Below are positions 1 to 11,209 of a stretch of DNA of 64,000 nucleotides, one piece after another. Each line of letters begins with the position of its first letter. Position 1 is the first letter of the stretch. The stretch spans positions 75,330 to 139,329 of the forward strand of contig NW_005434589.1 in assembly GCF_000315625.1 (NCBI RefSeq), given 5' to 3'. Origin of the DNA: Guillardia theta CCMP2712 (lineage: Eukaryota; Protista; Cryptophyta). The notes beneath the pieces are model-generated. The model was not told where the DNA came from. It saw nothing but the letters and a program-made list of their open reading frames with translations, and made no database searches. Position numbers and translations under genes: made by a program.

Positions 1-2672
1 ACTGGGTCGATCCCGCCTATCAGAACATGACATTTGTGCGTCAACACTTCTACGGCATGTCGCCGGACTCGAGCACGTGGCAGCGATACGTCATCTCCTT
101 CTACTGGGTGTGCGCGACCTTAAGTATGAACGGGATGATAGGAGATCTCATACCCCAGAACATCGTCGAGATTGTCTTCACCATCGTACTCATGTGCCTT
201 AACATGACTCTGTTCCGCATTCTTGTCGGCGAAGTGTCGACGATCGTGATGAAGGAGGACCAGGACGTCGTGAAGCGACGTGAGAACCTCGAAACAATCA
301 GCTCCTTCCTCTCCAACGAAAAGTTCACCGCCCAGCTCAAAGAGGAGATACAGCGTCACTTCAGCACCATGGAGATCGGAGTGTCGCAGGACCAGGCAGT
401 CCTGCTGCGGGACCTGAACCACAACCTCCGTGTCGAGGTAGCAAAGCATCTGTACAAGGAGTACATCGAGACCATCCCGCTCTTCGACGGCTGCAGCGAG
501 AACCTCCTCGACGGCACCTGTATCCTCCTGCACGAGATGCACTACTACCCTGAAGAGTACCTCTTCAACGTCTCCGAAGGTGAACCCCTGTCGCTGCTCC
601 TTGACCCTCCTGACTTTCCCTCTTAGTCTGCACGGAGATGTTCTTTGTTGTCTCGGGGGTGGTGGAGGAGATCGACCTGCAGGCGGATGGCACCGAGCAG
701 GTTCAGTCCCTCCGACGAGCCTACCAGTCTGTCGGCGATCTACCATTCTTCTTCGGCATCCGCCACTTCCTCAGCGGCAGAGCCTCCCATGATGGCGCTG
801 TTTGCATGCGGCTGGATCGGCAGGGGTTCTTCGAAATGCTCAAGAACTTCCCCAAGGACGAGGAGGTGATCGCACAGAACGCGTTCAAGAGCTTCGACGT
901 AGTTGCCAAGTCCAAGACAGGAGGGAGCAGCAGGCACTCGAGCTCCAAGAGGAGCGCAAACTCGTCGGTAAGGAGCTCCAACTCCACGTCCCGCAGGAGG
1001 AGGAGGAAGAACGCGCGAGCCAAGGACGAGACTCAGTCGGCGCACGCGCAGTCGAGGGGGTCGGAGACGATGCCGTCGGCGAGTGTGGAGAACTCCTCGC
1101 AGGAGGAGAACTCGGACGAGGAGGACACGGCAGACAACAAGATCGAGAAGCTGAAGGATCAGAGGAAGCGAGACAGGCTCAACCTCCTCCTCGACGCTGC
1201 CTTCCTGGGCGATGTCCCCAAAGTCAAGACGATCCTCGCCAGCGGCGACATCAGCATCCTCGATCACGATCAGAACAAGCGAACAGCTCTCCACGTCGCC
1301 GCGAGCGAAGGGCACCACGAGCTCGTCCACCTGCTGCTCGAGCTGCGCGCAGATGCTAACGCCAAAGACAAGTTTGAAAACACGCCGGTCAACGATGCCG
1401 TGAGAACCAAACACGACAAGGTCATCGACGTGATTCGGTCGCACATGAAGAGCATCAGGTACAGCCTGCCTGGCAGTCAAGTTGGCGTCGAGCTCTGCGA
1501 AGCTGCGGCGACAGGGAACCTCGAGCAGATCACCCGCCTGCTCAACAATGGCGTCAACGTCAACGAGGCGGACTACGATGGCCGCACAGTGAGTCAACTT
1601 TGATCATCTCCAATGCAACTGACTGATGGTCCTTCTTGTCCTCCAGGCCCTGCACCTCGCGTGCTGTGAAGGTCATCTGCATGCCGTAGAGAGTCTGCTC
1701 AAGGCTCAAGCCAACGTGCACTGTCAAGATCGGTTCACCGGCACGGCCCTGGAAGACTCAGTTCGCCATCACTTCAACAACAGGACCTCTACCCAGATCC
1801 AGGAGCTGCTGCGCAAGCACGGCGCTTCTCTCGAGCACAAGATGCAGGAGTATGCAGCAAAGATGTGCTTCTACGCGAGCCAAGGCATGCTGGACAACAT
1901 CAAGATCCTCGTTGAGAACGGCATCGCAGTCAACGTGGGCGACTACGACAGCCGCACGCCTCTGCATCTCGCAGCCTCGACGGGCTGGACGTCAGTGGTG
2001 GAGTACCTAGTGAGGCGGGAGGAGATCAAGATCAACCAGACGGACAGGTTCGGCTCCACCGCCCTCGACGACGCAATGCGCCACGGAAAGAAGAGCGTCG
2101 CAGCCATGCTGGAGGAGTTCGGGGGGCTGAGCAAAGACAACCCCAAGTTCCAGTCAGTGAAGGCAGCGATGCGAGACGTGGAGGAAGAGCATAAGGAGAA
2201 GCTCGCGCTCAAGGAGAAGATCTCGGTACTGGTGCAGAACAGCCCGGAGACAACGGCCCTGCGCTGGGTGAGGGACGTCCTGCAGCACAAGATCACGAGC
2301 TCCAGCAACGAGATCGAGCCTCTCGTGCGGCGCATCATATGGGTCGTGAGAGGGCTGCAGTCCAGGGCGACCATGGACGATGGTCACTTTGTGATCTCCT
2401 GCTCTGAAGCCATGTGCGAGCGAGCGATCAGCCTCTGCGATGAGCTGAAAGCGGCGCTGGGCTCGACCCGGTCGTCTCTGTTGGAGGAGGACAACTCCCT
2501 TGGGCCCATCCACTGCAAGCTGTGGACGTCTTACAACCAGACGTACAAGACACGGGCGGAGGAGATGAAAAGAACTCTGTGCCAGTTTGCCAAAGTAGCT
2601 CGGGTGATCAGAAAGACTGCAAAGGAGATCACAAAGGCGTTGCGGCGAGCGGTACAAAACTCGTCGCACTGA
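1..2672 (+). CDS. Cyclic-nucleotide-binding-domain cation channel with C-terminal ankyrin repeats (AKT/KAT/SKOR-like architecture), 5' partial
   Basis: Pore helix YVISFYWVCATL, S6, C-linker (LKEEIQRHF, LNHNLRVEVA), CNBD (IPLFDGCSENLL...EMFFVVSGVVE) and repeated ankyrin motifs (DQNKRTALHVAA, DYDGRT|ALHLAC, DYDSRTPLHLAA). GT-AG introns 580-626 and 1589-1646 join the three ORFs in frame. Confidence 0.88.
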
Positions 2673-3322
2673 GTGGTGCTGGATGGTGCAGACAAGAGAA
2701 GGAGGGAGGAAAGCGAGCTTGTTAAATATACACAGTAAACCTAAAGTAAAGTAAGCTTCAAGTGAAGGACAAACTATCCATCTTCATTCTCTTTGTTTTC
2801 GTGCTATCCATAAATCAACCAGTTCACCTGATACGATCTGTTATCGCTTTTCTCGAAGTCGCTAATGGGACTCAAAGCATCTTCCTATGCTGATCCCCTC
2901 CTCTCTCCTCCTACATCACGGCTCGTGTCTCCTTGTTGAAGTTCTTACCCACATTCTCGATACTCCCCTAGCGCCTATTCTCAACCATTTTCTGCACGTT
3001 CCAAACGCCTCCTCCTTTCAGAGAGTCAAGAGGAGAATGACAAGAGGAGAAGGACATAGGTTACTGATCACCGAAACCGATTTGTTTGATGCTGCTGGAT
3101 GCTGTCACCCGAACCTTCCCGATCGATCCTCCCCTCCTAATCTACTCTCTTTCTCCTCCTTCTCCCACTCCCCTCCCCCCTCCTCCTCCTCCTCTTCCAC
3201 TTCGTCCGCCCATGCTGCTTGTAGAGAGCATCCTTGACATGATCTTGCCCGATTAAACCACCCCTACCCCTCTGACAAGGCTTATAGCAGCCCACCCCTT
3301 TGACTTCTTCCCACCCGCGTCC

Positions 3323-3400
3323 ATGGAATGGTTACTATCGACCAGACGCGGACGTTCGTTCGGCGAGGTGAAGAGAGGAGGACGAGAAGGTGAGCACGAA

Positions 3401-3478
<78 letters not shown>

Positions 3479-6400
3479 CAGAATTAAGTTATTTGATCGC
3501 GTCTCACTTTGTGCAGATGTCGAGAGTCTGTTCCTCCGAAGCCACTTGGACACCCTTGAAGCCACTGATGACGGATTGGACGGAGAAATCACCGAGTTTG
3601 CCGACCTTGAGACCTTGATCGACCGAAAGTTGCTGCAAATCGCTTCTTCATGTCAGGAGGAGGAGGAGGAGGAGAAAGTCGGCACCAATGAGCTCTACAT
3701 TCACTCGACGGTGTACGGGGGTTCTCTCAGGACGAGCCACCGGGGCTCCGTGCTTGAGAGCCATGACGACTTCGTATCGGCCAAGGTGAAGAGCAGCGTC
3801 TCTCAGGGCTCGTGGATGTATGAAGTCACTCTGCACACCGGCGGGCTCTCTCAGATCGGCTGGGCAACCTCCCGGTGCAGGTTCACGAGCATGATAGGGG
3901 TGGGAGACACGCAGGGGTCCATAGCCTATGATGGGCATCGGACGTTCCGATGGAACAACAAGAGTTTCGCTCAGTACGGACTGCCGTGGGCGTGCGGGGA
4001 CGTCGTAGGATGCTGCATCGACCTGGACGCAGGTGTCGCATCCTTCACGCTCAACGGGGTGAATCTGGGAACCGCCTTCACCTCTCTGAGGAGGACGTGC
4101 TACAGTCCTGCCGTGAGTGTCGCGTACGGGGAGAAGATCAGCGTCAACTTGGGGTCTAGCCCCTTCCAGGTCCAGGGAGATTGTGTGGCAGATCCTGACT
4201 GACTCGTCGGCAGTTCCCTCAGGCTGGCTTCAGGGCTCTCTGCAGGCAGCCGAGGACAAGTCTGCAGCAGCAGCACGACTACATCTGGCGGTCAAGCATG
4301 AAGTTCGCGCTCAGGAGCATGAACCCGGCTTCCTGCTTCACTAGCGCGCAAGAGGCCTGTGCGACCTTGTACGAGGATGCATCGGACGATGTTGAGGACT
4401 CGTCTAGGTCAGTATGGAGGGAGTCTTGTGCCTGCAGTGCTGAGGCTGGAGCAGGAGCAGGAGGCTGTGGAGGGCTGGCTCCTCCCCTTCGGACATGTCG
4501 GTGCTCTTCATGCACTTGCTCCTCTCCAAGATCTTCAGCGGGAAGCTCGACTCACATCACATCACCTTCAGCGTCAGGAGATACTTGTTCAAGCACCTCG
4601 TTGCCCTCTGCGCAAGGGAGCCCAACGGGCTTGGCGCTGCGGCCTACGTGATAGGGTTGATGTCTGTCCTGCTCTCTCCGCAGGACTCTAGAGTCCTCTG
4701 GCCTTCCTTGCTGGAAGTTTGCGCAGAGCAGGCAAGATACAGCTCCTTGCGCTGGGGTACAGCTGGGGGGGTTCAGGGTGACAGACCGCTGGAGGTGACG
4801 GAGGCACAGACATGCGAGTTCAGTCTTGCTATCTTGTACATCCTCCTCAGGAACAGGATTACCCGGGAGGTCCTGATGGGTCACGTCGAGAGTCTTTGTG
4901 CCAACCTTGAGGTGGCAGCGAGCGAACGCGTTGACGTGCAGCTGACGTGCCGGGGCAGGACGCGATGTCGTACCGAGAATTCTCTGAGACGTCGCTGGAG
5001 CACCTTCCGCCCAGCAAGGTCTGCGCCAGCAGCACCACACGGCTCTTGACGCTCTCTCGCAGATTCTCTTTCAACTGATGACCGACGAGGTTCACAAACT
5101 CGAGGTTTCTGGTACCAACCTCTTGCTGCCATGACGCTTCCCTTGCAGGTCACATGGAAGGAGATCTTTGAGCTGATACCGCAAAGCATCCGATCCCGTT
5201 GGATGCTGTCCCTTGTTGCCAGGAACAGACAAGCTGAGGCCTCCGTGGTTCCGCCAGGAGTCACGAGGACGTTCCTGTCGGTCAACACGTTCTTCATCTT
5301 TCTTGCAAGGTCTCTAGACCAGCTCGACCAGACCAGTTGGACAGACAAGCTGTACCGGCTGGTGAACTTCTCTGACAAGAACGCGTTTTACCTGTATGGA
5401 AACATTCATGTTGATGTCTCGCTCTTGGGAGGGACAGTGCAGTATGTCACTAGAACTTACGGATCGAACGATGACGTTGACGTGGAAGAAGACGAGGTTG
5501 TGTTAGAGTTTCGCCGCGTGCTGCTCTACTTTATGTTTCGGATTCAAAGCAAACTCCAGCAGGCGCTATGTTCACATCCTTTGTTCTGCGGCTCTGACGT
5601 TGGCGTCATCAACCCTGTCTTCATGGAGGCCCAGGATCAAGACACTATGAACCACAAGAAGAGTATCGTGTGTTGTACCACTACCTTCTCTCCTCGGAAC
5701 AGTCTGCTCATCTTGCGATTTTTCAACCTTCTGATCGATGCGCTGAACTCGCTCATTCAGGTGATGACAAAAAGTTGCCCAAGCTCCCCCTGCCTCTTCC
5801 TTCTGTGACTTGTGTTCTCCATCGCTTCCCTTCCCCTTCCCATCACCATCCGACTGCGATCGCAGACTCGTCGTTCATCGCTCTACTTCGTTCCTGAGGG
5901 CCTCCTGCTTGCTACTCTCAGCCTGATGATTGCTCTTGCCAAGGTATCTTGTTGTCGACACGCTCAGGACCTGACAAGATTTCAGGTCCAGGGAAAGCAG
6001 TTCTTCAAACGTCAAGGTGGCTGCCTGTTTGCAAGGCTAGCTAACCGCTCTAACTCTTGGTGAAGGAGGAGCAGTTGAGACGGTCATCAGAATTCTAGTC
6101 GAGTGCATCAGTGATAGAATGATCATCAACCCCGATGTCAAGGCAAGCATCTTGGCCGCCATGTCTTTAGTGATGAAACATTCGGCTGATCTCGGTACTG
6201 TTCTCGCCTCTTCCCCTGATGCTCTCTTGACCGCGTCTTGGGCATCAGAACTCTTCCAGACGGACATGGACGGGCGGGCCGAGTGCCCAGGGGAGAAGTC
6301 GAGGACTTCACTCAAGTTCGAGCTGTTCCGATCGCTGCTAGAGTCCTTTGACGACAAGAACTGGGTGCCAACGCTGAGAATCTTGCGGGAGGTATGGGAG

Positions 6401-8015
6401 GGAACTGCGATGAGTCAGCGGTTGAAGACTTCTTCCTTTGCGAACCATCACGACAAGAGCACGACATTGGGGTTCGGCCATGACAGCTGCAGCTCCCTAA
6501 CAAGGTCGTTCGTTCACGTGGCCTCAAAGGCGGATCATCTGGAGACCTGGCAAAACGTGATCGATCGAATTGTGACGAAGTTGAATTGGTCAATCTCAGA
6601 AGCGACTGGTAGGTTGACTGGTCAGATTTGCGCCTTGTCACGCTGTCGCTGCAGGAACGGTGAACGAGATTAGGAACAGCAACGCGAGAATGCTTCTTCA
6701 ATCGTCATACATTGAACCTGAGGTAGAGGCTGTCCTACCTCTTGCCTTCCCCTCCCTTCCCTTGATGCTGTTGGCAGAATCGTGTCCTAGAGGCTCTTGA
6801 AATTCAGAACTTGACGCTGCAAAAAGTGAGATGGAGTGATGACGCAGCAGGAGTTGTCTTGCTGAATTTGGGTTCTACTCAGATGAGGAAAATAGAGGTC
6901 ATGTCAGAGCTGTCGAGAGATCTCCTTTTAGCGCTTGAATTCTCTTGCAACTTCTTCCCGCATGTGGTTTCCAGTCTATCCGATGTCATGCTTCAGAGGG
7001 TTGTAGATAGTCTTTTGCATTTCCTTTCATTTGTAGGTGAGTCCATTCCACCGATGAGGGATTTTTTACTGACAAGTATGAATGCTTCAGATAACGAGTG
7101 TACAATGTTTCAGGTCTGAAAGTTACAAACCTCTTTCTTTCGAGTTTTGATTGCAGATGCAGTCTCTTAACAACGTCCCGGTCTTGCAAGAAAGAGACTT
7201 CAAGTCTCTGAGACAAAGCGACTTCCTTCTTCCCGTGTTGGGTTCGATTTCAGCTTTACTCTTCAATCAAACTACGTTCAAGTCCTCTCAAGGTGAGGAG
7301 CTTCATCATCGTGCTGTACTGAAAGTCGTCCGCAAGTCCTTGACTTGGACTCTGTCTCTCAACGCAACCTGCTGGTACGTTTCTCATCTTTCTCGCTCTT
7401 CTTCCTCAATGATCCATTCTCAGGCCATCGTGACATCTGCAGCGTTTGTTTCTTCAAGATTCGACAGGTTGTGCAAACTTTCGTGGATCAAAGAAGACAA
7501 GTCCATCCTGGGTATCGCCCGGCACAAGCATGTCGCTTACAGCAAGCAAGCTGTCGCCTACGTCGGGGACCTCAGCAAGATCATTCAGGACACTCTTTGT
7601 CGAGGCTCTAAAACATCCTCCATCGTTCACGTCGAGGTTTCAAGATCTGCTCTTGAAACACAAGTGATTCTGCTCTCAGGATGATGCCGATATTCCCGAG
7701 AGGTTTCTTGACCCCTTGACCTTCTCTCTCATGCGAGATCCTGTCACACTGCCGGCGTCAGGACAGGAAGGAAGTATGTACGTGTTTGCTGCCCCTGACC
7801 TCCTTCCTGCAGACTGTGGATCGTCGAACGATCCTCCAGCACCTTCACGTCTCTGGTGCCCTTGATGATCCCTTCAGCAGAACTCCGTTGAACGAGAGCA
7901 TGTTAGCCCTTTCTCCTCTAGCTGGCAAGAGATTTACTGTGGACTCAGGCTGGTCCCCAACGAGTCGTTGAGGAAGGAGATCGAGAGCTGGCTGATGTCG
8001 CACGGGCGACGTTGA
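3323..8015 (+). CDS. KPC1/RNF123/RKP-like ubiquitin ligase: SPRY domain, helical core, C-terminal U-box; multi-exon
   Basis: SPRY motifs WMYEVTL, QIGWAT, GVGDT, WACGDVVGCCIDLD. RKP-like core motifs YFVPE, DDKNWVP, KLNWSISE. U-box IPERFLDPLTFSLMRDPV...TVDRRTILQHL...DPFSRTPL...VPNESLRKEIESW, stop at 8013-8015. ATG 3323 with intron 3390-3516; some internal exons uncertain. Confidence 0.8.
3400..3480. repeat. (GAGCAG)n microsatellite in intron 1 of the SPRY gene
   Basis: About 13 perfect hexamer copies between the GT at 3390 and the AG at 3516. Confidence 0.9.
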
Positions 8016-8038
8016 TCGTTGCTGTTCCATCTCAACCT

Positions 8039-9225
8039 TCAGATTGGCGAACGAGTCAGGATGCTGAGAGCAAGGAGAGCTGGTAAGAGGGCACGTTCAT
8101 GGATGGTCGAAGCAGCTCCTGTTAATGTGGCCCCGAGGCAGTTGAAGCAACAGCTGTCGATGCCAGTGGAGGCAGGGAAGGTTGTGTTGAGACTGTACGG
8201 ACAGTCTTGGCAGTATGACTTTCCCAGCTCTATCAGGACAAGTCAGTGCTGTAAAGTTGACAAAAACACACAAATGACCTGATTGGAATGTTCCCAGCTC
8301 ACAGGGCAGACATGGTTCGAATCCCGTGCTGCTATATGTACCTCTGCGGCACAGTTTGAGGCACAAGCTTGCACTAGAAGCTCCTTCCTGCTCTGAGCGT
8401 GACCAGAGATGGCAAGAAACATGCGACTTCACCATGCTCGTGCTGTACCCAGGGGGACAAAACTGGCAGAGGCCACTTCCTCTGGTCTCCTGCGAGGTAG
8501 TTAGAACCTCCTTGCTCTCTTTGCGCTTGCCTTGTAAGTTCCACGTGGGCATGGCATGCAGGGAGCAGGCAGTTTCTCGCCGCACGTCAGCTTCCCGCCC
8601 GCCACCAAGAATCCGCAGAAGCCCGCCTCACATTCACATCTCCCCGTTGACGCACATCTTGCAAACAAATGACCTTGTGCCTCCCCTCTGACTCTTCACC
8701 TTGAGTTCTCATACGTAGCTTCCTTGTATCTGCAATTCCACCTAGACATTGAGTCATTCTCCTCCTTGCCATCTCGAGCGTCGGTTACTCCTTCAGCGAG
8801 CAGTTGGATGGGTTCAGATCGTATGCTGCTATACAGCATGTCGCCGAGCAGCTTGAGCCGCAGCTGAGGCATTGGAGAGTCATTGCAATCGTATCCATGA
8901 TGGCCAAACCTTGAGGAACAACCGCAACGTCCATCGCATGACACGATCTTCTGTCCCGACGGCCCTGAGCACTCTGATGTGCAGTGAGACGAGATTGTGC
9001 TGAAACATGAAAGTTCGTCACATGTCACTCGTGGAACAACCAGAACAACCTCACACAAATAGCGTCTGCCATTCTCATAGCATCGGCACATCGAGGGACA
9101 ACGAAGACCCCGTCGGGCTCGAATGAGCATGAGGAGACATCAGGAGCAAGACCTCGGGCAACTGGCCTCTCTGCCAGGAGAGCAGCATACCACAACCACA
9201 TGCGTATTCCCTTCATCCTCCACAT
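8039..9225 (-). CDS. Cys-rich (EGF-like + GCC2/GCC3 ephrin-receptor-like repeats) surface protein with hydrophobic, GPI-signal-like C-terminus; multi-exon
   Basis: Signal-like N-terminus (MWLWYAALLA). Spliced repeats CMPCPRGTYK|ETRGSGLCQFCPPGYST and CRRGTYSSTGFEPCLPCELGTFQ. Last exon ELGKSYCQDCP...GAASTIHERALLPALLALSILTRSPI*, stop at 8039-8041. Confidence 0.7.
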
Positions 9226-9369
9226 TTCTCATGCGGCAGCCTCAACTTTGACCTCAGGCGCTCGGAGACCGTAGGAGTGTCACAAGGGCAAGTACTTGGT
9301 GGGCAACCAGGTAGAGAAGATAGCGAGGAAGGGGAGCGAGGGAGATAGGGAGCAGGCGGAACAGATCAG

Positions 9370-9508
9370 CAGGGGAGGGGAAGGAGCAGGGGAGGGGAAG
9401 GAGCAGGGGAGGGGAAGGAGCAGGGGAGGGGAAGGAGCAGGAGAGGGGAAGGAGCAGGGGAGGGGAAGGAGCAGGAGAGGGGAAGGAGCAGGGGAGGGGA
9501 AGGAGCAG
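9370..9508. repeat. 17-bp minisatellite (AGGGGAGGGGAAGGAGC)n, about 8 copies
   Basis: Direct inspection; some copies carry a GGGG to GGAG variant. Confidence 0.9.
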
Positions 9509-9768
9509 TAGCCTGGAGCAGTAGGAAAGCAGGAGGGCAAGGAGGTCCGACCGCTTTATTTTTGCGAGTCGTAAAAGGACCACTAAATAGGTGTTGTATT
9601 CGAGGCTTATTAGCTTGTGCTGGAGTTTGATTGACTGCATACGGATACATTTGCAAAGATAGAGAGGTTAGTAGGTATGATGCCATTCCGAAGATGTTTG
9701 TGAGGGAATGAGGGTTACAGTTGTTTGCGGTCGAGCTAACGGATGAGATACCAGAACATGTAGAGGAA

Positions 9769-11070
9769 TTACTTGCTGGCTGACGCCTTGCGCCCTCTGC
9801 TTCTCTTCGCTGGTTTCTGGTCTGCAGCTGATGTGCTTGACAAGCCTCTCTTAAGATCTTCTCGATCTGCAGGCAGAGACTCGTTGGTTGCAGCGAAGGT
9901 CGAGTTGAGCAGCGTCGAAGCCTGAGGTGTAGTCTTCTTGGGGCTGAAGAACATATCGAGCTTGCCTTGGGGCTTCACCATCTTGGCTTTCTTGATCGCT
10001 TCAAGCCCTCCTCTCACTCTCTTCTCGCTGAAACCTTTCTCCTTCACAAGAAACTCTATCAAGCCCTCTTCGTCGGGTTCGGCATTCCAATCTATGCTGA
10101 GATTTCCCATGTCGACTACCTCAGGTGTAGTCAGCAGCTGTCGGATCTCATCGATGGGGAAGGGGTCAGGGACCACGAACTTGCTCGTGTTCAAACTCTC
10201 GATGAAGCTCTCGATATTTCCATGCTTGCGTATCCCGTGTAAGGCTGACTTCGGCCCGATCCCTTTGATAGTCTCAGAAAAGTCACATCCGCACAAGATG
10301 CAAAAATCTACAAATTGCGTCATATTGAGGCCCAAACTGCTGAGAACCTGGTCTAGATGATACTCAAGAACAGGTAATTTCCTCGCTTCCGACATGGTGA
10401 GCCTTCGCACGAGGATCGGAGAGCCGCAGCATAGCGCATCCATGTCCTCAGTCGCTGATGCATAGACCAACCCATTCTTAGCCAGAGCTGCACATTGAGC
10501 TTCGGCTTCTGAAGGTGCGTCAACCGTCGGAACTCCTAGCAGTCTCAGGAGCCGTTTACACTCTTCAGCATGCTGTTTGGTGACACGAGTTGTTCGTTTC
10601 GCAAACTTGTTCATCTCCTCAACATTCCCTTCTTCAGTGGCTTCTTGCAGCCTCTTGGCGCCCTCGTCCCTCCGGAGGTTTCGAGATGCGATTTCACCGG
10701 ACTTCAACGATGGCGGCTTTCCATCGAACACGTAGAGAGGACGGATACCTGCCTTGACCATGGCTATGGTTCTCCAGAAGAATCCTTGAAGATGACTTGT
10801 CTCTTCCCCGCTGGCTGATGTTAGAGGCTGAGCTACACCATTCTCACCAGTTGAACGAACTGCAATGAGAAACTGATACATCGCCATGCTCGCGTCTATG
10901 GCGAGCTTCTTTCCTTGGAAATCTTGAAGAGAACGCTCCTTGAGACATCCTGGCGCCTCCTTGGCAAGGAAAGGACCAAGGCCATGGATCCCACCATCTG
11001 ATGACTTGAGACAAGAAAGAAAGGTAGTGAAGAAGAAGAAGTAGTATACCAATGCTTGTCGATGAGACAT
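9769..11070 (-). CDS. FEN1: Flap endonuclease 1, intronless, with N-terminal signal-peptide-like extension
   Basis: GIHGL N-motif, LAIDASMAMYQFL, TSHLQGFFWR, YVFDGKPP, APSEAEAQCA, ATEDMDAL, CILCGCDF, IKGIGPK, PIP-box QGKLDMFF and a basic tail. First in-frame ATG at 11070. Confidence 0.95.
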   Translation of the reverse strand: MSHRQALVYYFFFFTTFLSCLKSSDGGIHGLGPFLAKEAPGCLKERSLQDFQGKKLAIDASMAMYQFLIAVRSTGENGVAQPLTSASGEETSHLQGFFWRTIAMVKAGIRPLYVFDGKPPSLKSGEIASRNLRRDEGAKRLQEATEEGNVEEMNKFAKRTTRVTKQHAEECKRLLRLLGVPTVDAPSEAEAQCAALAKNGLVYASATEDMDALCCGSPILVRRLTMSEARKLPVLEYHLDQVLSSLGLNMTQFVDFCILCGCDFSETIKGIGPKSALHGIRKHGNIESFIESLNTSKFVVPDPFPIDEIRQLLTTPEVVDMGNLSIDWNAEPDEEGLIEFLVKEKGFSEKRVRGGLEAIKKAKMVKPQGKLDMFFSPKKTTPQASTLLNSTFAATNESLPADREDLKRGLSSTSAADQKPAKRSRGRKASASK

Positions 11071-11209
11071 GAGAAGTGAAGGTCTAGTTACGGTAGACAA
11101 GAAGCACCGTCATCATCGACTCCAAGCATTCTTCCCATCCAGCTCAAGTTCCCCTATTCGCACAACACGCCCCATATTCAAACTTTTGAAACTACTAGTG
11201 ACCTGGACT

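Noticed and set aside
3390-3516. RS-dipeptide (SR-protein-like) N-terminus in ORF 3390
   Set aside because: It is a (GAGCAG)n microsatellite inside a GT-AG intron; splicing joins ATG 3323 to the SPRY exon in frame.
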